From: a virus | DNA length: 64,000 bases | IMG/VR virus record: IMGVR_UViG_3300037502_003888 | Coordinates: 1-64,000 of that record | Direction: 5' to 3' (one strand) | Part shown: in pieces, positions 28,640-37,144 of the stretch | How the letters are laid out: each line of letters opens with the position of its first letter | How positions within the stretch are numbered: position 1 is the stretch's first letter | Notes under the pieces: model-generated | The model's database searches: none | What the model was told of the DNA's origin: nothing | The model's input: only the letters and a program-made list of their open reading frames with translations | Program-made: the position numbers and the translations under genes

Positions 28640-31600
28640 CTAATTGGTGGCAGCTTGGGCCATTCTGCGGCTGGCATCTGCGGTCTGATTCTGTGCCCGG
28701 TTGATGTTTTCTAGGATTTCTATCATCCGGCTCTGCAGATCCACTGTGGGATCTCGGCCTAGAGCGTCCTGCAGTCCGGTCATCATGCTGCGTATTTCGT
28801 CGCGCAGACCATTGATGCTGGTGCCCATTTCTTCGGTGACACCCACCAAAGCCTCTACGCTGGGCACGTTCATGGTCAAAGCCCCGTCACCCAAGGGTAT
28901 CACAGCTTCAGTACCGTGTAGTTCTGCAGGATAGCCTGATTCAGGACCATGTGCTATACCACCATCGCGCATGCTGATGTGCGGTGGATCTCCGGCCAAG
29001 GGGCGGAATCCGTACTTGGCCAAGAGACCCAGCTGTTCAAGTTCATTGCGCTGGGCGCTTTGTATGTCCAAGGCCCGACCCACGTTGTGCAGGCTCATGC
29101 CCGGCGCTGCTTTGGGGTTGGAACCACTGTCAACATTGGCCTGTTCTTGTGGGCTGCGGTAAGCAGAGTTGACCTGCAGTGTTTTGCCGCCTGTGAGCTG
29201 ATTGTAGTCGCGTGCCATCTGCAGGAACGCAGATTCTACGTTGTCTGCTAGCTTGTCAAAGTGTTGTTCGCTGCCAGTGCCACCCGTGAATTTCACATAG
29301 TCCTTGGCGTCAACATCAGGAGGTGCCCCACCTCCAGTGGGCATGTCCTGTGCTGGAATAGCAGCAGCACCGCCGCTGCCCGCTGCCGCAGTCACTGGTG
29401 TCGTGGCTGCTGCACCGCCCGCAGGTGCAGCACCAGCCATGGGGGCCTTGGTTACCTGGAACTGCCGATCCACATTTTCCAGTATGCTGTCATAGAGAGT
29501 CTTGCGGCGCTCAGTGAAATTCATCAAGGTTATGCGATCTTGATCCGATATCAATCGGCTCTGCAGGGTGTTGTCGCTGATCTTTTCAGTGTCTTCCAGT
29601 ATCTTTTGTTGTGTGATTTTTTCGGTCTGGGTATAGATTTTCTGGGAATCCAGCAACTCCTTGGCTTCTTTGGACACATTTTCCATGATGGTGTTGATGT
29701 TGTCCATGTCAAATCGCGACTGCAAGGATCTCGCGCTTGCACCGTCAAGCCCCCTGGTTCCAGCCGTTGGCGCTGTGCCCGGTGGTGTTGCGCCAGACTG
29801 CGTGGCAGCCAGACCCATGTTCATGGCCATGACACCAAACTGTCGCAGCTGATCTTCGGTTATGACACCCTCTCGCCCGTGCAACACCGTGGGCGTGCCA
29901 CGGCCAAAATCTTCTATGAGCTTGCCCACTGCACCCAGGCTACCACCCGAACGCTGTTCATAACCCTCAAAACCTTCCATGGTACCACGACCAGAGATTC
30001 CAGAATCAGCCGCGCTTTTGCCGCGCTCCAGGCTGAAATTCTTGTTTTCTAGCTTGAGTATCTCACCCTGGAGACGCTTGGCTTCGGCACTGTCGCCGCG
30101 CTCCTTGGCTTTGCCCAGGCTATCCTGCAGGCCTTTGAGCTGTTCATTGTTCTTTTCCAGCTGTTGGCCAAGTTCCTGGCTGCGCTGCACATCCGCATCA
30201 CGTCCCGGCGTGATGCCAAACATCTTGTTGAGGCTTTCGGTGCCTGCCAGCGTGGCTTTGGCCAGACCTATCATGGCATCTTGTGCGGGGCCTATACCGG
30301 CCTTGACAAACCGCTCCATGGCTTCGTTGGCATCGATCTGTGTCTTGCGCAGCTTGCCCTGTTGATCCAGCATCTTGTCTGCAGCAGCTCCGCCTTCGGC
30401 GCCTTGTTTTTTGCGATCTTCTTCGATCTTGGCCAGAGTCTTCTGTATGTCTTGTTCGGCCATGCCGCGCAATCTCAGATCACCGGCGAGATCGCCCATG
30501 GTCTGATTGTAGGTGCCGATCTGACCCATGGTGGCACCCAAGCGAGTAGCAGTTTCGCCGTGCGCCCGAGCCACGCGCTGTGCACCTTCGGCTGCTTGTA
30601 TCTGTCCTGCGGATATCTGCTGGGCCACGCGCATGCTTTCGCCCTGCGTGGCCATCATGCTCTTTTGCGCGGCTTCGGTCTGTACGTTGTTGGTGGATAT
30701 ATCCGCAAAACCCTGCGCGGCTTCTTTGTTCTGGCTATACAGCACCAGATAGGTATCTTCCAGGGCTTTGGCTTCGTCTTTGCGTCCTTGCTGTCTCAGC
30801 TCTTCGAGCTTGGCTGCAAACCTTTCTTGGCTGCGGATCTGCTCGCGTGCTGCTTCTTGTTCCTGGCGCGCCATGCCCGTGAGCTTGGTCAGCGCATCTT
30901 GTTCCATGAGATATTTGCGCGCACCTTCGGCCAGCTGTGCGGTGGTCTGATTGTTGACGTTGCCAGCTACGCGCTGTTGTTTGATGTAACCCACCATGCC
31001 CTCAGTGACATCCTGCATGCTGAGACCCATCTTGATAAAGCCTTCGCGATTGCCTTCCAGGGCCTTGCCCATGTCGGCCAGCTTCTTGCGACCATCAAAA
31101 ACGCTGCCGCCAAACAGTGCGAGATCTTTGGAGTTGGCTGTGACTATGCTGACGAAGTCACCCAGCTCGTTCATGCTGAGTCCCAGCTTCTTGGTGTCTT
31201 CAAACAAGCCAGACATGCCGTCGGCAGCGGCACCACCAGCCTTGGCCATGCCAGCATAGCCGGTGTAGAGCTTGTCGGCCATCTCATTGGCGGCCTGTGC
31301 ATATTTGGTCACGCCCGCTGTGATGGCCGTGAGTCCTGCTATGAGTCCTTTGATCAGTGGGCCGCCCGGTATCAGCAGCGCCAGCGCAGTGCCTGCGGCC
31401 GTGGCCGCAGCCGAGAGACTGCCCAGGCTATCGTTCAGCGCTGCTGCACCTTTTTTGCCATCCAGCATGGCACGACCAGCACCCATGACGCCCTGGGTGA
31501 GATGCCCCAGCGCAGAGCTGCCAGCACGGGCAGATTCATCAAATCTCGCAGCAGACTGGCGCTGGGCCTTGGTGAGCTTGTCTTGCTCTTCTTCGGCATC

Positions 31601-31777
31601 TTCCAGTGCGCTGGAATAGCTGCGGAACGCAGCAGCACCGGTCTTGGCCGCGCGTGCCTGATCTTCCAGCAGCTGGTTGTTGACGTTCACTGCTCGAGTC
31701 ATCTGTTCCACTGCCCGCATCTGGGCGTCGATGAGTCTTGCTAGATCCTCGCTGCTGCGTTGTATATCGTCGGCCAT
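28640..31777 (-). CDS. Tape-measure/baseplate-hub-like protein with C-terminal M15-type peptidoglycan peptidase
   Basis: Long Ala/Gly/Gln helical region; VNSAYRS..EQ, AAPGMSLHNVGRALDI, DPPHIS. Confidence 0.75.
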   Translation of the reverse strand: MADDIQRSSEDLARLIDAQMRAVEQMTRAVNVNNQLLEDQARAAKTGAAAFRSYSSALEDAEEEQDKLTKAQRQSAARFDESARAGSSALGHLTQGVMGAGRAMLDGKKGAAALNDSLGSLSAAATAAGTALALLIPGGPLIKGLIAGLTAITAGVTKYAQAANEMADKLYTGYAGMAKAGGAAADGMSGLFEDTKKLGLSMNELGDFVSIVTANSKDLALFGGSVFDGRKKLADMGKALEGNREGFIKMGLSMQDVTEGMVGYIKQQRVAGNVNNQTTAQLAEGARKYLMEQDALTKLTGMARQEQEAAREQIRSQERFAAKLEELRQQGRKDEAKALEDTYLVLYSQNKEAAQGFADISTNNVQTEAAQKSMMATQGESMRVAQQISAGQIQAAEGAQRVARAHGETATRLGATMGQIGTYNQTMGDLAGDLRLRGMAEQDIQKTLAKIEEDRKKQGAEGGAAADKMLDQQGKLRKTQIDANEAMERFVKAGIGPAQDAMIGLAKATLAGTESLNKMFGITPGRDADVQRSQELGQQLEKNNEQLKGLQDSLGKAKERGDSAEAKRLQGEILKLENKNFSLERGKSAADSGISGRGTMEGFEGYEQRSGGSLGAVGKLIEDFGRGTPTVLHGREGVITEDQLRQFGVMAMNMGLAATQSGATPPGTAPTAGTRGLDGASARSLQSRFDMDNINTIMENVSKEAKELLDSQKIYTQTEKITQQKILEDTEKISDNTLQSRLISDQDRITLMNFTERRKTLYDSILENVDRQFQVTKAPMAGAAPAGGAAATTPVTAAAGSGGAAAIPAQDMPTGGGAPPDVDAKDYVKFTGGTGSEQHFDKLADNVESAFLQMARDYNQLTGGKTLQVNSAYRSPQEQANVDSGSNPKAAPGMSLHNVGRALDIQSAQRNELEQLGLLAKYGFRPLAGDPPHISMRDGGIAHGPESGYPAELHGTEAVIPLGDGALTMNVPSVEALVGVTEEMGTSINGLRDEIRSMMTGLQDALGRDPTVDLQSRMIEILENINRAQNQTADASRRMAQAATN

Positions 31778-31789
31778 GATTATCTACCC

Positions 31790-31810
31790 ATAAATATCCC
31801 TATATTTATA
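31790..31810. promoter_or_regulatory. Interlocked divergent late promoters
   Basis: ATAAATAT-ccct-ATATTTAT inverted repeat: TAAATA (+, 31791-31796) and TATAAATA (-, 31803-31810). Confidence 0.7.
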
Positions 31811-31818
31811 GGTGCCCA

Positions 31819-32658
31819 ATGAGTGAATCCAATCCGTTAAAACAGTATTTCCGCCAGCCCGCGATCTACATACGTTTGCCCAGCAACGGTCAGGGCTGGC
31901 AACCGGGATCGCTGGAGATGCCAGCCAACGGTGAGCTGCCCATATACCCCATGACCGCCATAGATGAGATCACTTATCGCACCCCAGATGCGCTGTTCAA
32001 CGGTCAGGCCGTGATCGACGTGATACAGAGCTGTGTGCCTGCTGTGAAAAACGCCTGGGCCGCACCACTCACAGACGTCAACACCCTGCTGGTGGCCATA
32101 CGCATAGCCAGTTACGGACACAACATGGAATTTGACACCCAGTGTCCCAAGTGCAACAACGAAGACAGCTATGATCTAGATCTCAGATCTGTGATGGACC
32201 AGCTGCGCAGTCCTGACTACAGTCGTACCATCACACACGGTGATCTAGAGATAAGATTCCGCAGCATGAACTATCGCGAGCAGAACGCCTCTAATCTTGA
32301 ACAGTTTGAAAATCAGCAGCTGGTACGGGCCATACCCGCTAGTGATCTGCCCGAAGAAGAAAAAGTGCAGCGCATGACCGAAGTCATGAAAAGCATCACG
32401 AAACTCACGGTGCGAGCCCTGACCAACAGCATTGACAGCATCCGCGCGCCCGATGCACAGGTCACTGACTCAGCGCACATCGAAGAGTTCCTCAACAACT
32501 GCGATCGCGCACTGTTTACTCGCATACGAGATCATGTGATCGAGCTGAGGTCCAGCACCGACATCAGGCCTGTGCCCATCAAGTGCACCAATTGCACGCA
32601 TGAATATCAGCAGGGCATCAATCTGGACATGGCCAATTTTTTCGCACCCGCCTCTTGA
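31819..32658 (+). CDS. gp26: Baseplate hub assembly / tail chaperone protein, gp26-like
   Basis: IRLPS, PMTAIDEI, LLVAIRIASYG, CPKC, CTNC, ends NFF. Confidence 0.75.
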   Translation: MSESNPLKQYFRQPAIYIRLPSNGQGWQPGSLEMPANGELPIYPMTAIDEITYRTPDALFNGQAVIDVIQSCVPAVKNAWAAPLTDVNTLLVAIRIASYGHNMEFDTQCPKCNNEDSYDLDLRSVMDQLRSPDYSRTITHGDLEIRFRSMNYREQNASNLEQFENQQLVRAIPASDLPEEEKVQRMTEVMKSITKLTVRALTNSIDSIRAPDAQVTDSAHIEEFLNNCDRALFTRIRDHVIELRSSTDIRPVPIKCTNCTHEYQQGINLDMANFFAPAS

Positions 32659-32873
32659 CGTTGGATGCCGACGAGATCGCGCGATACGTCGACGGCATGG
32701 ATCAAGAGGTCAAAAAAATCAGAGCCAATAATCTGCGCTTGGCCTGGTACATGCGTGGCGGAATAACCTATGATCAGGTCATGCAGTTGGGCTATCAAGA
32801 GCGACAGCTGATATCTGATCTCGCCAAAGACAACATCGAGACCACCAAGAAAACCAAGCTGCCTTGGTTCTAA
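32637..32873 (+). CDS. gp51-like small ORF, probably expressed as a -1 frameshift extension of the gp26-like protein
   Basis: The -1 frame is open from the T TTT TTC heptamer (32637-32643) to TAA 32873; the only upstream start is a TTG (32655) without an SD; WYMRGGITYDQVMQL...ER. Confidence 0.65.
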   Translation, partial: FFRTRLLTLDADEIARYVDGMDQEVKKIRANNLRLAWYMRGGITYDQVMQLGYQERQLISDLAKDNIETTKKTKLPWF

Positions 32874-33270
32874 TCACCTACTATCCGAGATGTGCTTCGC
32901 ACATCTGTGTCTTTCGCTTGCGCTCAGACACAATTTCTTTCTGAAGTCATCATCCAGATTTAATGGTCATACTTGCCCGTAAGCCGGGCAAGTATGCATC
33001 ATCCGAGTTTGAACGATCACCTGCGTCAGGAGATTGCCGTGTCTCTGCGGCGCGGAGGCGGTTGTGCTGTACCCCCTACTCCAGCCTTGACTCACAACGG
33101 AACCGACAGTACCCCACGCAAGCGAAGCGGGTCGGCCAGGGTTGTATCTTTTTCACAGTTGCCCTGATCTTTTAGGCCTAAGTTAGCTTATCCTTTGACG
33201 CCCAAGTTCTGACAACGGGCGGTTCCGTTGCCTCAATGGGGCTGGGCCAAGACGCCCAGCACAGAGTCTA
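32874..33270 (-). ncRNA. Putative large structured non-coding RNA (or structured DNA element), family unassigned
   Basis: The largest intergenic gap in the window; at least 9 stems, an 11-bp long-range helix and a 10-bp crossing helix with G-U pairs that form only on the minus strand. Confidence 0.6.
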
Positions 33271-33789
33271 TCACCGGCGGCAGAGACGCCGCACAGTGTC
33301 CTGATTGAGCTCCCAGAACAAGGCGTGATCCATGATCATCCAGTGTCCGTTGAGCCCCGATGCGTAATTGAAATGCCTGGTGAATTGTAGTGGGGAAGTA
33401 TTGGGCTGTGCTTGTACTGCTACAAAAGTGCCTTTGCGATTGAACTTCATGAAGATGATATTGAAATCGCCGGGATCTGCAACGTCGACACACTGCTGGA
33501 TCCAGCCATCTAATATCCGAGAGCTGCCTGTGAAAAGCTGATGAAAGGGGAAGTCTTTATAGGATTTACATTCTGCGTTGAAACGTGGGAAATTTTCTCC
33601 GGGTATGATATCGCCCTTGAACGTGCGTATCTGTCCTTCGTGCAAGAACTCTTTGCGATGCGTGTTTTTACCACCGATATAAGCGCCTGATCCTGGAGCC
33701 CGCATGAATTTCTCACCATAGAGATCAGTGAGGAAATCTGCGATGTGCCGCTCGAAACTATTGCCTTTGGCTTTGCTGGGACTGGTCAT
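33271..33789 (-). CDS. Holliday junction resolvase (Hjc-like PD-(D/E)XK)
   Basis: SKAKGNSFERHIA, GDII, ECKSY. Confidence 0.8.
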   Translation of the reverse strand: MTSPSKAKGNSFERHIADFLTDLYGEKFMRAPGSGAYIGGKNTHRKEFLHEGQIRTFKGDIIPGENFPRFNAECKSYKDFPFHQLFTGSSRILDGWIQQCVDVADPGDFNIIFMKFNRKGTFVAVQAQPNTSPLQFTRHFNYASGLNGHWMIMDHALFWELNQDTVRRLCRR

Positions 33790-34818
33790 TTACCATTCTG
33801 TGGTGTGTTGTACATCGCGCAAACGTTCTGGTGTGCATTTGGTACTGCATTCTTGGCTATCAAACCGGAGAAAATCCGTGTGCCAGAATTCATCACTGAT
33901 GATTTCCGGGAAAGATCTCTGCCAGAGATTGAATCTATCAGCAGCCAGCTTCTGCCACTGATGATTGTGTATATATCTGTTGGCAGTCCAACAGCAAGGA
34001 TAAAACTCACCACGGCTGTTGACAAACACACCTTTGTTGCCGATCATGCACAGCGCAGAATAGCGCTGTTGCTGCTGCAATTGCTGTGCGCGCTGCAGAT
34101 ACAGCAGTTGCATCTCGTGCCCCGGGCGAGCTTTCTGGCTCAGCACAGTGATCTCCCGTTCAAATCTATGTCCCTGGGCCCGGTATTGGCTCTGTGTGGG
34201 CTGCAGCGCATCATTGGTGCCATAGACCTCGGGATAGTGGGATCCAAATTTGGTGCTCTTGGTGAGCTGGAATTGGTCCAGGCCCAGACGTTGGGCTATG
34301 TCGCACATATCGGGAATGTGCTGCTCGTTGAAAGCAAATGCGATACTAGCCCACACTGTGTAGGTGGTTTGATTGTGAGCCAGGAACGTCTGTATACCTT
34401 GATGTATGCTGTGCCAGTCCGAGTTCACGCGATACTGGCGATTGCTGTCATGATCCCAACCATCTATGCTCCAGTGTATCTCGTCGTTGTGATCTAAGGT
34501 GCATGCCAGCTCGCGCCAAAACTCCTGGGGCCGGTGGCTGCCATTGGTGACTATCACTAGATGCAGCCGGGGATTCACGCTCTTGATCCATGCACAGATA
34601 GCCACGAGATCCCGGCAGTAAATGGGATCTCCGTCGTTGCCGCACAGGGTGATGCGGCGTATGTCTCGCACCACATCGGCTGTGATCTGCTGCTGGAAAA
34701 AATCTAGGTTCAGTTGTTGGTTCAACAGGGTCTGGGGAACTTCGGCCCTGGGACATCTCGGACAGCGCAATGCACAGATGCTGCTGGGTTCGATGTGCCA
34801 GTGGTCCCAGACGATCAT
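33790..34818 (-). CDS. Radical SAM protein with twitch/SPASM-like C-terminus
   Basis: CALRCPRC (CxxxCxxC), GNDGDP, TNGS, SIDG, GEFYPCCW, C-terminal CSTKC. Confidence 0.88.
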   Translation of the reverse strand: MIVWDHWHIEPSSICALRCPRCPRAEVPQTLLNQQLNLDFFQQQITADVVRDIRRITLCGNDGDPIYCRDLVAICAWIKSVNPRLHLVIVTNGSHRPQEFWRELACTLDHNDEIHWSIDGWDHDSNRQYRVNSDWHSIHQGIQTFLAHNQTTYTVWASIAFAFNEQHIPDMCDIAQRLGLDQFQLTKSTKFGSHYPEVYGTNDALQPTQSQYRAQGHRFEREITVLSQKARPGHEMQLLYLQRAQQLQQQQRYSALCMIGNKGVFVNSRGEFYPCCWTANRYIHNHQWQKLAADRFNLWQRSFPEIISDEFWHTDFLRFDSQECSTKCTPERLRDVQHTTEW

Positions 34819-36578
34819 GCGCGATCTACATCCGTGTTATAGGACGTGAATCCATTTTCTTTTACCACTCGTAGGATGTTTTCCACACGTCCTGCCAGTT
34901 CGTCCCTGTGGCTTACCAGCCACACTGACTTTCCCCGCTCGCGGCTCATCTGTTTTAACAAGGACAGGCAGCTTTCCATGCCCGCAGTGTCCATGCCAGA
35001 ATCAATGAGTTCGTCGATGAACAGGAGATTGATGGGCGAATACAGGCTCTCCCATACATCCCGGAACGCCCAGCTCATGCTGAGTATGAGTCGATTGCGT
35101 TCACCGCGGCTGAGATTGTCAAAATCTAGATCTCGACCCAGTTCCTGTATCTCCACGGTGAGATCTGGCTGGAAAGTCACTGAATGTGGCAGTCCAATGC
35201 GATCCAGATACCATGTGAGACGGCTGTTGAGATAGCTGAGATTCTGTTCTATGATCTTTTTGCGCACAAAACTATCTTTGCTGGTCAGGAGCTTCAAGAG
35301 GAAATCCTGGTGATCATGCAGCCGTGTGAGGCGATTGATCTCATCGTAGCTCACGTCCTGCAGAGCTTGATTCTGCATCTCTGTGATCTGTTCGGTATAG
35401 GGATCAGACTCTCCCTGCCGATTGGTGAGATCTCGGCGCAGGCTGTCTAGGCTGTTGCGATGATTTAGAGCCTGTTCGAGACTGTCATAGAACACCACAG
35501 GTGCAGCGCCCAATTCTCCGAGATCATCGATCTCGTTGAGGTGTTCGATCCTCTGGGTGTCGTTGGTCAGGAGCTGCAGTGAGATTTCTTGGAGGTTCTG
35601 TGTCTTTTCCTGCAGTATCTGATCTTGTTTGCTGTCATGCAGTTCCTGACCACAGGCATGACAGCGATGTTCACGCAAGGTAGCGATGTCACGCTCGAGC
35701 TTGACGCGATCTCGATTGAGTTTGGCATCGTCTTGATCTATCTGCCGGATCCACAGCTGATGATCCTCGATCTGTTTTCTGCGCAGGTGATAGGCTTCGA
35801 GATCACGATGCGCCTGCACTTCTTGATCGATGTTGATGTGTTCCAAGGCTTCTATGGCTGTTTGCAGTGTGGTACAATCGTCGTTGTGTTTTTTCTGCCA
35901 CAGCTCTTGGCGACGGCAGAGGTTGTTGATCTGTTCTTGTATGCGTTGATTGGCTTCTTGCACGGCCTTGATGCGTAATTCTTCGCGGGTCATGCCATCG
36001 CGAGTGATTTTGTTGAGTTCTTTGATTTTCTCTGCACGTTCACTCAGCAAGGTTATGCCCAGGAGTTGCTCGATGATCACACGCTGGTCATTGGTCTTGA
36101 GACTGAGAAAAGGTTCGGTATAGGTGTTCAGGGCCATGATGTGTCGCATCATGTCATGGCTCATGCCCAGGGTGGTTTCTATGGCTGCCTGTGTTTCTCG
36201 GCTGTCACCTTGGCTGTCATCTGTCGCGGCTTGTTCTTCGTTGTTGACATAGAATTTCAAGACATTGGGCTTGCGGCCGCGCTCGATTCGATATTGCCTG
36301 TCATTGACTTCAAAATCCACCGACACCAACATGTTACGACCATTGGTCTTGTTGATGAGATTGTCGCGCCGGATGTTGGTCAGGGCTTGCCCATACAGTG
36401 CATAGCTCAAAGCATTGATTATGGTGGTCTTGCCGGTGCCGTTGCGGCTGCCGTCTCCGCCGAGGTCTAGATTTTCACCCAGGACCAAGGTGAGATCTTG
36501 CCGATCAAAGTTGATACCTTGCGTGGCGTTGCCCACGCTCATGAAGTTACGCACTGAGATGTTGTTGATTCGTATCAT
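34815..36578 (-). CDS. gp46: SbcC/Rad50-like recombination ATPase
   Basis: Walker A NGTGKTT, zinc hook CHAC, signature LSRGE, Walker B LFIDE, SH. Confidence 0.95.
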   Translation of the reverse strand: MIRINNISVRNFMSVGNATQGINFDRQDLTLVLGENLDLGGDGSRNGTGKTTIINALSYALYGQALTNIRRDNLINKTNGRNMLVSVDFEVNDRQYRIERGRKPNVLKFYVNNEEQAATDDSQGDSRETQAAIETTLGMSHDMMRHIMALNTYTEPFLSLKTNDQRVIIEQLLGITLLSERAEKIKELNKITRDGMTREELRIKAVQEANQRIQEQINNLCRRQELWQKKHNDDCTTLQTAIEALEHINIDQEVQAHRDLEAYHLRRKQIEDHQLWIRQIDQDDAKLNRDRVKLERDIATLREHRCHACGQELHDSKQDQILQEKTQNLQEISLQLLTNDTQRIEHLNEIDDLGELGAAPVVFYDSLEQALNHRNSLDSLRRDLTNRQGESDPYTEQITEMQNQALQDVSYDEINRLTRLHDHQDFLLKLLTSKDSFVRKKIIEQNLSYLNSRLTWYLDRIGLPHSVTFQPDLTVEIQELGRDLDFDNLSRGERNRLILSMSWAFRDVWESLYSPINLLFIDELIDSGMDTAGMESCLSLLKQMSRERGKSVWLVSHRDELAGRVENILRVVKENGFTSYNTDVDRA

Positions 36579-36589
36579 GTTGGTGTATG

Positions 36590-37144
36590 TTACAGTCTTT
36601 GTGCGATTTTCGCAAGCTCGCGCTGGCGCAAATGCTGGAGATTGGAGAGATTGTGCGCCAGCGTGGGCTGCATGAGACGCCGCAGGTCCACCAATTTTGA
36701 TGCATCAAGCCTGCTGAGTCGGTCAAGCTCTCGCACCACTGCCTGCGTGCGCTGAGCCACAGTGGGCAATTGATCATAGCTCTCGTCCCACCAGGATCCA
36801 AAGGTCTGGAAACCCTGTTGCTGCAGCCAGGCCAAGGTACCCTGCTGCCCTATCATCATGAATGGCACACCGCCCAACACAGCTTTCCAGGTTTTTTCCG
36901 TGACATAGATCCAGGGGTAATCGCCCATGGTTTCGGTCACGATGTACACGAATCCTTGCTGTATGTGCTGCACTGAGAATGTCCGGCACTCGTCTTGGGC
37001 CATGGCCATGAGTCGCTGGTCGCGATAACTGTTGCCCAAGAATCTCTGCTGGTGTTGCAGCATGATCCGCCACTGATCCGGGTCCAATTCTATGTCGTCA
37101 TTGACACGCACCGGTGGATCAGTGACGCGCATGGTGATATTCAT
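36590..37144 (-). CDS. C-terminal half of a VTEKTxK glycosyltransferase-like protein
   Basis: IVTET...VTEKTWKA...GFQTFGSWWDESYD; paralogous to the C-half of 19179-20357. Confidence 0.55.
   Translation of the reverse strand: MNITMRVTDPPVRVNDDIELDPDQWRIMLQHQQRFLGNSYRDQRLMAMAQDECRTFSVQHIQQGFVYIVTETMGDYPWIYVTEKTWKAVLGGVPFMMIGQQGTLAWLQQQGFQTFGSWWDESYDQLPTVAQRTQAVVRELDRLSRLDASKLVDLRRLMQPTLAHNLSNLQHLRQRELAKIAQRL

Noticed and set aside
30164-31744. 526-aa antisense ORF
   Set aside because: Antisense mirror of the tape-measure gene, explained by codon bias; no recognisable domain.
32874-33270. Group I/II intron, tmRNA, RNase P, tRNA or hammerhead identity
   Set aside because: Flanking genes are intact and convergent, and the diagnostic cores (P7, domain V, tRNA-like ends, CUGANGA/GAAA arrangement) were not recognisable by eye; a covariance-model search is still needed.
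32963-33493. Short ORFs in or near the structured gap
   Set aside because: No SD or suitably placed promoter and no protein-like composition; base-pairing explains the sequence better.
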